Source: a virus. From it: 64,000 nucleotides of DNA. Numbering within the stretch: the first letter of the stretch is position 1; every line of letters begins with the position of its first letter. The position numbers were made by a program, and so were the translations under genes. Shown piece by piece: positions 57,292 through 64,000 of the stretch. The notes under the pieces were generated by a model that worked only from the letters and a program-made list of their open reading frames with translations, had not been told where the DNA came from and did no database searches. Location: positions 32,001 to 96,000 of IMG/VR virus record IMGVR_UViG_3300034417_000033; one strand, given 5' to 3'.

Positions 57292-57740
57292 GCGAGGGTG
57301 GATGGTGCAATAACCTTACATCGGTACTGCTGGCCTTCTTCAGCAGTTAACAGCGTAGTATCCCATCGTTTATTAAAGACGTGGGCAGGCAAATAGGAAC
57401 GTGCGTCTTTTATCTGGGCTTGATCTGTGTTGCCACAGCCGCCGTGGATGCCTAAGTCTCTAGCCACTTGCCATATTGCAGGCCAAGGACCTGTTTTTAC
57501 ATTCTCAGTGCCCCAAATTTCGCAATAGTTTATTACTAAGTATTTCATGCCAGCTGCGTTTGCTTTAGCAAGCAGCATTTCAAAATTCTGTTTTTGCAAC
57601 GGAGCTAATTCTGCCATAGCATCGTCTTGTACTTTAGCATAAAGAAAATTATGCACTGCATCGAAGCCACCTGGTAATCTAGGCTTATTGTATCCAATCT
57701 GCGTAGCATATAACTTGTCGCACAATTTAACATCGATCAT
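57273..57740 (-). CDS. Hypothetical protein
   Basis: Packed ORF. Confidence 0.75.
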   Translation of the reverse strand: MIDVKLCDKLYATQIGYNKPRLPGGFDAVHNFLYAKVQDDAMAELAPLQKQNFEMLLAKANAAGMKYLVINYCEIWGTENVKTGPWPAIWQVARDLGIHGGCGNTDQAQIKDARSYLPAHVFNKRWDTTLLTAEEGQQYRCKVIAPSTLAWNYWT

Positions 57741-57968
57741 ATATCACCAGAAGTAAGTTTGTGTGTTAGGTTCCCCAATCCCTAACTCCCCCACCTGAAT
57801 TAGCAACCACCGAAGTTACTTACTCATTAACGTGAGCAGTGCCTCTTGCCATCATCGGTAACACATATTGTTCCTGGATTATTCAGTTTCGAATCCAGGA
57901 ACACTATTAGCGTCATCGTCAACTATCAGGTTCGCATCCAGTCCGTTAAGACTACACAAAGGCTGCAA
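57741..57968 (-). ncRNA. Candidate structured non-coding RNA or leader
   Basis: 228-nt gap with several hairpins, including a 12-bp perfect stem at 57869-57903. Confidence 0.35.
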
Positions 57969-58547
57969 TTAATGTGGGAGCGTAATGCCTTTATCCACAC
58001 CAGTTTTGAACGTTTCTTGCGAGTGCTCGCTTTGAATAACTTTGTAATCGTCAAGATTAATACTTGGGTAACCAGCAATGCCTAACCAGAACTTAGACCA
58101 GGGCTGTTTGGTTGCAATCGCATAAGGCGTAGTATGTTCAAGCACAAGGCGCTGCGAAGCTTCAAACTTGTTACGGCCGGCTTCCATTGCTTCCTGAACT
58201 GAGCGGTATAGTTTCGGATCCAAGTTTGGATTCTGTTCTTTAAGGAACTGGAATACCGCTTTAGAGCCATCCTTACCGTATCTACCAGATAGTGCTGCTG
58301 TATACACGTCTTGCAAGTCCTTCTTGTACATTGCAGGGACTTGAGCCATTTCACCAATCTTCAGAGAATATTGCGCAAGGACGTTTTGACTATCGCTCCA
58401 AGTTTTCTTGATATTTTCTTCTGAGGTAACAGCAAAGTTAGCATAATGGAAGTACATATACGCAAAGGTGCCGCCAATTGTAAGCAAAATGCCTAGTACA
58501 GCGCCGAGCATAATGACTGCGACGTTGCCTCGTTGTTTCGATTGCAT
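57969..58547 (-). CDS. Membrane-anchored helical protein (LemA-like)
   Basis: N-terminal TM, helical body, EQNP, EAGR..F. Confidence 0.55.
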   Translation of the reverse strand: MQSKQRGNVAVIMLGAVLGILLTIGGTFAYMYFHYANFAVTSEENIKKTWSDSQNVLAQYSLKIGEMAQVPAMYKKDLQDVYTAALSGRYGKDGSKAVFQFLKEQNPNLDPKLYRSVQEAMEAGRNKFEASQRLVLEHTTPYAIATKQPWSKFWLGIAGYPSINLDDYKVIQSEHSQETFKTGVDKGITLPH

Positions 58548-58584
58548 GTTTATCTCCAGTTTAGGTTAGTAAAATTACAGTTAC

Positions 58585-58614
58585 ATTATACAGGCATTAA
58601 TACCTGCTAGTCAA
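58585..58614 (-). promoter_or_regulatory. sigma70 promoter TTGACT-18-TATAAT
   Basis: Near-consensus. Confidence 0.6.
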
Positions 58615-59727
58615 CTTCTTTTTAAAGGGATTCAACGGACGCACCCACTTGCCGTTGTCCATATCAAAGCAGTAAAAGAACCATGTTAGGAAGAACGATC
58701 CGAACACTGAAAGGAAAGCAGCAAACCACATCAGTCCTTCTGGAGGCTGAATGGAATCCATTAGGTACTTAAAGTGCTCCATAGGTTCCCGATCAAAGTG
58801 TGCTAACACGTTATCTGCAATAATGTCCAGCGTATGCACGTTTGCAACGGGCTCATCCATAATCAGATTACGCATTTTCACTTGCAACAACTCGTTGCCT
58901 TTGTTCTGCCCAATGGTGATAGTGTCTGTCCAAGCAATTTCCGGAAAGTGTGGTGTACCAAGTAGCACAATCACGTCGTTTTGCTTGCCGCCAACCCATG
59001 CTGCCTCAAGTGCATACCGGTAATCCTGCCCAGGTTCGTTCACAAGCACTACAATTATGTTTGCTTGTTTTTTCGGACCTGCAGATTTCAGCAATTCCGA
59101 CAAGTGCGTATTCCATTCTTGCAAATTAGGAACATTTACGCCAACAGGAATAACACGGTTTGCATTGTAATAGTCATACACTTGCGGATACGCAGGAATC
59201 TTATTTGCAAAGAACTTGATGTTGTCTTGAGAAACCCTAAACAGCGTGTCTGGTGCTGCTTTAATGTAGTTGACATAAGAACTAGTTTTAGCAAACGGTT
59301 CCCCTGTTTGCACAGCAGACCATCGAGGTGGCTCCCTAGTTCCCTGACGGTCGATACGGGCAATATCTGTATCTCCCACGTTTGAGTGGACGACCCAGTC
59401 GTAATCATGCGAGTGCTCATAACAAGTCGAACAGTGCTGTGAGCAGCTCCTGTTCTTTCCGGAACCGGAACAAGATGTATAACAGCGACACTGGTATGAG
59501 TGTGAGCAAGAAACAGTATCTCTCTCTTTCCCAGTCACCTCGCCGTTAAGAATTTGCGTATCATGCAAGGAAGTTGCAAAGCCAATTGCAACTAGGACAC
59601 CAATGATAATCAATGTGCCACCAATTTGGAAAGCACATTCCTTCCAAGTTACATTGTTACGGAAAACCATTCTGGAAATGAACATCCAGATAATGGGGAA
59701 CAAGGACAACATTATAAAATATTTCAC
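58597..59727 (-). CDS. Membrane protein with Cys-rich and TPM-like extracytoplasmic domains
   Basis: 2 N-terminal TMs, CSHSYQC.C..C..C..C..CY, W.GGK.NDV.V, C-terminal TM. Confidence 0.75.
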   Translation of the reverse strand: MKYFIMLSLFPIIWMFISRMVFRNNVTWKECAFQIGGTLIIIGVLVAIGFATSLHDTQILNGEVTGKERDTVSCSHSYQCRCYTSCSGSGKNRSCSQHCSTCYEHSHDYDWVVHSNVGDTDIARIDRQGTREPPRWSAVQTGEPFAKTSSYVNYIKAAPDTLFRVSQDNIKFFANKIPAYPQVYDYYNANRVIPVGVNVPNLQEWNTHLSELLKSAGPKKQANIIVVLVNEPGQDYRYALEAAWVGGKQNDVIVLLGTPHFPEIAWTDTITIGQNKGNELLQVKMRNLIMDEPVANVHTLDIIADNVLAHFDREPMEHFKYLMDSIQPPEGLMWFAAFLSVFGSFFLTWFFYCFDMDNGKWVRPLNPFKKKLTSRY

Positions 59728-59763
59728 TTGCTATTACTCTATAAAATGGAAGGAAAACGGGTC

Positions 59764-60573
59764 TTACGACCCGAAGTTATCAGTAGTTGGTGCAGCAGCA
59801 GGTGCAGCCGAATCATTTACGCCAGTTGCAAGTTCAGTAGCAACAGTTTCGTTTGCAACACCGTATTCTGCAACCACTTCATACTCGCAGCAGCGACCTT
59901 TTGCACTGTTGTAGTCTACCGGAATAGACACAACATCACGCGGATTGACTTTCACAATCATTACGCGGTCAGTATCACGGCTACCGGACGAACCGAAGTG
60001 CTTTAAGTACGACTCGGAACAGAAGTGCAAGCCTTCCGAACAAGTGTTGCGAGCATCTTCGTTAACTTGGTTGCGGCGCATAGTGGGCTTGTCGCCTACT
60101 TTGTTCGAGAAAGTACCGGAATGGATATCCATGTAGTTCTCGCGAACTTTTTTGTACGCCAGGAAGTAACCATCCGAAGTAATCGGAAGGGTATTCTTTT
60201 CCAAGAAGCCAAACAGCTCATCAACTGCTCGTTTCGATGGGTTTTCCATCAAGTTGTTCAGGAAGTTTACCATCGGAGTGATTGGGAAGCCTTCACGGTA
60301 CAAGTCAATCAAACGCTTCGACAGTGCATTGTGCATCAGCTCGCCGTCGTAATGTACTTCGCCTTTAAGAATTTGAACTTTGCCTGCGCCGAAATCTTCC
60401 AGCGATTTCTTAAAGTCTACCAGTTTTTCAACTGCATCCCAATCTTCTGCTTTAATGGCTTCCACCACCTTAGCAAATTCTGGATGAGTATCCTTGCTAA
60501 TGGTATGCGACTTGTTGTCGATTACCAAAACAAGATTTTTACCTTGCATCATGTATGGAATGTAGCCTGCCAT
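59764..60573 (-). CDS. rIIB: rIIB-like protein
   Basis: NPS.RAV.ELF.FL, LAYKKV, CS.GLH, V.P.DVVSIP.DY...KGRCC.Y. Confidence 0.92.
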   Translation of the reverse strand: MAGYIPYMMQGKNLVLVIDNKSHTISKDTHPEFAKVVEAIKAEDWDAVEKLVDFKKSLEDFGAGKVQILKGEVHYDGELMHNALSKRLIDLYREGFPITPMVNFLNNLMENPSKRAVDELFGFLEKNTLPITSDGYFLAYKKVRENYMDIHSGTFSNKVGDKPTMRRNQVNEDARNTCSEGLHFCSESYLKHFGSSGSRDTDRVMIVKVNPRDVVSIPVDYNSAKGRCCEYEVVAEYGVANETVATELATGVNDSAAPAAAPTTDNFGS

Positions 60574-60597
60574 TTTGTTTCTCCAGTTAGTATAGTG

Positions 60598-62862
60598 TTA
60601 GTTTGAATGTACAATCAGGTTAGAATCAACCGCGTTAATGTATTCTGCTGCAACCGTCATATCCTCGCGCAAATCATTGTCGGACCAATAGTTTCTGTCG
60701 GACATTAACTTAATCATCGGATACTGCTTGTAGAACTCTGTTACAGAATTATACGCTTCATGCTCGTACTTGTCAATAGTTAATTTAGCGGAAAATGCTG
60801 CAATTGACTTGAGCATCGACGTTTGTGTTTTCAGTTTTTCAATATCCGAATCCTGACCAAGTTTTACATCGCCGAGATGCTCAATTAGTGCGCCAGCTGC
60901 CGAGTTGTTTGAAAAAGTAATCCCTAATTTCCGGACGCCCAACACAAACGATTTGATTTGTCGTTCAGCTAGTACAGCAGATGCTAACAGTGTCTGACGA
61001 GCATGTGCTTCAGTAGTTTGGTCTGCTTTTTCAGCAATTGCATCAAAAATGTTTTTCCAGTTCTTAGCAGACTTGACTCCTTCGAGGCCTGCTTTACGAA
61101 CGCCGTAAATACGTGAAGCAATTCCGGACGACGAAACAAAGTCCATTACCTTTTCAAAATTCCGGAATGCTGCCATTGCATGTTCAGCCACTGAACCTTC
61201 TGGTGTTTTGACCTCATAGCCGGATACTTCTACATAATAATATATAGTAGTGTCATCAAATTGGTAGTTTCCAGACCGATCGGAATCCCACAACCAACGT
61301 TTGCCTGAGCCGCGGTAGTCGCTGTAGTTTGGGTTTCTGGAATAAGCAACAGTATGGTTGCTTTCCACTTTTTCCTTTTTCGGTGCCTCTGGCATGTCGC
61401 TAACTTTTATGAATGTCGGATTGCCGAATTCCTTAGCAATTAACGCAACATACTTGTCTAGGCTTGCAGAAAAGTCAATTTTAGCCTTTTTGTTGTGCTC
61501 GAAGCCGACCACAACGATATCTTTAGGCTTGCCTGCAAAATACAACCGCATTCTCTGCAAATACGAGCGAGCATCATCACAAATAACAAACACTGTGCTT
61601 TCTGAAAAACCAATATTGTGATAGAACCGGTCAGGCAACCCTTTTGTTTGACGGGAATGATCGTAATCTCGCTGCGGTGATTCACGGCGAAGACCTTTAT
61701 ATCCGGAAGCATACTCTGCAAACGTCATTCCTTTCGGAAACGAATCCAAATACACAGGACGACTCGAAGTATGAGAATAGCAACCTGAGGTACCGTTTCG
61801 ATCATAAGTAAAGTACGAATCAAGTCCAGCGGCTACCCATGCAACTTTAACTGCTGCACCTAAGTAGTTGTCGTTCATGTACTTCTTCAAATACAGAATC
61901 TTTTCCCAATCAGTAGTCAGTTCCTTCATTTTCCCAGCAATGTATACAGACACATCTGCAATAATTGCTTGGGCTCGAACAGTAATGTTTGCCAACGTTT
62001 TCTTATCATACGACAGTTCTTCACGTGACGCTGCAACATCAAGTTCGCCCATTGCGAACTCAATCACCAGCGGGTTGTATGCAAGGAATCGATACAAGTC
62101 AGCATCAATACCTGCTGGATCGAGAGGATACTCTACGCCGCCTTGGATAGCAACAGATCCGCCTTGCCCTTTTCGGAAACGGACGCCTGGGGAAACAGCA
62201 GAACGCTCTGCTTCATAAACAGAACGGATGTGAACTTCTTTTAGGTCGGCGCCAGTAAAATTCGGCAGCACCTTAAAGTGGCGCAGTGCATGGCAAGTCT
62301 CATCACGAATTTGACGAATGTCATTATCGTTTGTGAGTGGGAATTTTACTTCAATCCCAGGAGCGTCGTCACTGTCAGCTTCAGTCATCAACAAAATGGA
62401 TGGGACGCCTTGTTCGTTAATGAATGCACTGTAATTGCGCACTTTTCCGTCCATGTACGCTGCAACAGTAAAGTTGTCAGTGTAGCTGAATGGGGATTTA
62501 GAGCCTAAACCAAAAGCGCCAATCTGGTCGTTCGACTGTGTTTTGCTCGAGGAAAAGTAAGTTGAATACAGGGACAAAATACCTGCGTGATCTAGGCTAG
62601 TGCCATAGTCACGAATGGAAAACCACGGTTCCAAAGTAGTTGGCAAGTGCAAGTCAAACGGAACGTCTGCTTTCTTAGCCATAACATGGCTGTCCAATGC
62701 GTTACAGGAAAGTTCACGCACAATTGCCCGCAGCTTGTTTTTGTACAGCCCGGACGACAGAATCTTGAATGCTTTAGCAGAGTTCTTAATCTGGAATTCA
62801 TTAGAAGCATTCTCTACGTTTCCAATAATAACTACTTCTGCTTGGTCGCCTGTTAAAATCAC
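60598..62862 (-). CDS. rIIA: rIIA-like protein (GHKL ATPase)
   Basis: LY...RAIVREL.CNA.D, IRDYG, S.K, G.FGLGSKSPF, SRE.LSY. Confidence 0.93.
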   Translation of the reverse strand: MILTGDQAEVVIIGNVENASNEFQIKNSAKAFKILSSGLYKNKLRAIVRELSCNALDSHVMAKKADVPFDLHLPTTLEPWFSIRDYGTSLDHAGILSLYSTYFSSSKTQSNDQIGAFGLGSKSPFSYTDNFTVAAYMDGKVRNYSAFINEQGVPSILLMTEADSDDAPGIEVKFPLTNDNDIRQIRDETCHALRHFKVLPNFTGADLKEVHIRSVYEAERSAVSPGVRFRKGQGGSVAIQGGVEYPLDPAGIDADLYRFLAYNPLVIEFAMGELDVAASREELSYDKKTLANITVRAQAIIADVSVYIAGKMKELTTDWEKILYLKKYMNDNYLGAAVKVAWVAAGLDSYFTYDRNGTSGCYSHTSSRPVYLDSFPKGMTFAEYASGYKGLRRESPQRDYDHSRQTKGLPDRFYHNIGFSESTVFVICDDARSYLQRMRLYFAGKPKDIVVVGFEHNKKAKIDFSASLDKYVALIAKEFGNPTFIKVSDMPEAPKKEKVESNHTVAYSRNPNYSDYRGSGKRWLWDSDRSGNYQFDDTTIYYYVEVSGYEVKTPEGSVAEHAMAAFRNFEKVMDFVSSSGIASRIYGVRKAGLEGVKSAKNWKNIFDAIAEKADQTTEAHARQTLLASAVLAERQIKSFVLGVRKLGITFSNNSAAGALIEHLGDVKLGQDSDIEKLKTQTSMLKSIAAFSAKLTIDKYEHEAYNSVTEFYKQYPMIKLMSDRNYWSDNDLREDMTVAAEYINAVDSNLIVHSN

Positions 62863-62894
62863 TTAACTACCCTCGTTTGTCTGTGTATGCGTAC

Positions 62895-62923
62895 ATTATA
62901 GTGACATGTGGAACTGATGTCAA
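62895..62923 (-). promoter_or_regulatory. sigma70 promoter TTGACA-17-TATAAT
   Basis: Perfect consensus upstream of rIIA. Confidence 0.85.
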
Positions 62924-62939
62924 CTGATTTCCGGAAATA

Positions 62940-63356
62940 TTACCAAGAAATACTCAGAAGAATACTGTCGTCCGGTTGCATCCCAAAGTGCTTGATTAGG
63001 CCCTGGTTAAACTGCCACAAAACGTCATCGTCTTCCGGCGATTCCTCCGAATGCACATCGCTAATGTACCAGCTAATGTAGCAATCGTTGCCGGGGAACT
63101 CAATTTCTTTAAGAACTTCACGGCGCCACACATCTTTTCCGGAAAGTTTTCCCAATAACCGAGATTTTTGATCACTTTCGATCAAATACCCTTCCTTCTG
63201 CGCAATATACTCTGCTACCTGGAAGAATTCAAACACCTTCTTTAATTCCGGCTCTGGTTTGTCACACGACCAACAGTGGGCGCCATAATGTAGGTAAAGT
63301 ACAGTTCCGCATTTTTTACACTGTTCGCCTGTCATATTTTTCCCCAAAGTAATCAT
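62940..63356 (-). CDS. Zn-ribbon hypothetical protein
   Basis: CKKC...CWSC. Confidence 0.75.
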   Translation of the reverse strand: MITLGKNMTGEQCKKCGTVLYLHYGAHCWSCDKPEPELKKVFEFFQVAEYIAQKEGYLIESDQKSRLLGKLSGKDVWRREVLKEIEFPGNDCYISWYISDVHSEESPEDDDVLWQFNQGLIKHFGMQPDDSILLSISW

Positions 63357-63645
63357 CTAGTTGTTCGTTAAAAGATAAGGTGTTAAGTCTTTCCGGAATA
63401 GTTATCTTCTGTTCGCCTTTAACAAAAGTATTAAATCTGTTGTTTCGGCAAGATGCACACCCTGCCTTTCCACAATCCATAGAAGACTGTTTTCGGAATC
63501 GGCCGTAGGAATGGCAGAACGCACCAAATCTAGAAAGTTGCATAAACCATTCGGCTTCGCCATAATGAGAACGATAGATAGACATCTGTCTCTTACGGTA
63601 CTGCTCTGTAAGATTGCGTCGGTGGCCCCGTTTCATATCCTTCAT
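63316..63645 (-). CDS. Basic Cys-containing hypothetical protein
   Basis: DCG..GC..C.N.R; likely start ATG 63645, 6 nt after the -10 box. Confidence 0.7.
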   Translation of the reverse strand: MKDMKRGHRRNLTEQYRKRQMSIYRSHYGEAEWFMQLSRFGAFCHSYGRFRKQSSMDCGKAGCASCRNNRFNTFVKGEQKITIPERLNTLSFNEQLDDYFGEKYDRRTV

Positions 63646-63651
63646 AGCCAC

Positions 63652-63692
63652 AGTATACAATGCACAATAAAGTTTGTCAAATTAGATAAATA
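63652..63692. promoter_or_regulatory. Divergent promoters: sigma70 (minus, 63652-63680) and late box (plus, 63685-63692)
   Basis: TTGACA-17-TATACT; GATAAATA. Confidence 0.75.
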
Positions 63693-63774
63693 GTGGGAAG
63701 ACAAAACTTCCTCGTAAGCTCGGAATAATCCGTATAGCGACCACGAGTCCAAAAATTAATGGAGAAGAATAAAA

Positions 63775-64000
63775 ATGGGACGTCCGATTAAAAAGAAATT
63801 CTTTGGTAATGTTGCTAAGGCAGGATTCCAAATCTTAGGAACTGCATGGCTCGGCGGAGCAGCAGTACCAGCAGTTATCATCAAACAATCAGGTACTAGA
63901 AAGTATGTATTCTTTGATGGAACAAACACCGCAGTATGCACACTTGTTGCCACTGCTCCTGCTAAGGCAGGCGAAGCACGTATCACTGTTACTCCACCTG
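63775..64000 (+). CDS. Late structural protein, 5' partial
   Basis: GGAG RBS; MGRPIKKKFFG...IIKQ.G.RKY; open to window edge. Confidence 0.8.
   Translation, partial: MGRPIKKKFFGNVAKAGFQILGTAWLGGAAVPAVIIKQSGTRKYVFFDGTNTAVCTLVATAPAKAGEARITVTPP

Noticed and set aside
57741-57968. tRNA or tmRNA
   Set aside because: No acceptor stem/T-arm/CCA arrangement and no convincing tag ORF
63711-63747. Purine riboswitch (CTCGTA...GACCACGAG ends look similar)
   Set aside because: Too short; lacks the three-way junction and the UUUCUACC core
6-63986. Numerous plus-strand and alternate-frame ORFs in the track (e.g. 37103-37633, 54249-54710, 60025-60606, 1213-1587, 46223-46600, 63756-63986)
   Set aside because: They are antisense or out-of-frame shadows of well-supported genes, with no RBS or motifs
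1-64000. Stop-codon recoding (TAG or TGA) as seen in some large phages
   Set aside because: All core genes are full length in code 11, and TAG- or TGA-ended ORFs abut the next gene or promoter

Overview
A 64 kb AT-rich segment of a large T4-superfamily-like jumbo myophage. Genes are densely packed, read correctly in standard code 11, and lie almost all on the minus strand. By inference from gene order it resembles the RaK2/GAP32-type jumbo phages. Replication/recombination genes: gp41 helicase, primase, UvsW, UvsX, UvsY, gp32 SSB, clamp-loader small subunit, a mini DnaE-like protein and a Cas4-like exonuclease. Nucleotide metabolism genes: nrdA, nrdB, glutaredoxin, thyA, dNMP kinase, folE and queD. 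Virion genes: tail sheath, tail tube, neck, head-completion nuclease, TerL, a PAAR-peptidase fusion and acidic head proteins. Also present are rIIA/rIIB and host-like auxiliaries (ClpX, peptide deformylase, a secreted nuclease, an outer-membrane protein). Two promoter classes are visible: sigma70 TTGACA-17-TATAAT and a late (G/C)(A/G)TAAATA box. The most notable items are: (1) an ArfA-like ribosome-rescue gene with an intrinsic terminator inside its ORF, which would give a non-stop mRNA, preceded by a structured leader; (2) a predicted catalytically dead terminase-ATPase paralogue abutting TerL; (3) a tandem array of paralogous membrane proteins and two short motifs shared by many small proteins; (4) RNA-level control elements (RBS-sequestering hairpin, gp32 pseudoknot, leaderless starts). 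All calls come from motif reading; no searches were run.
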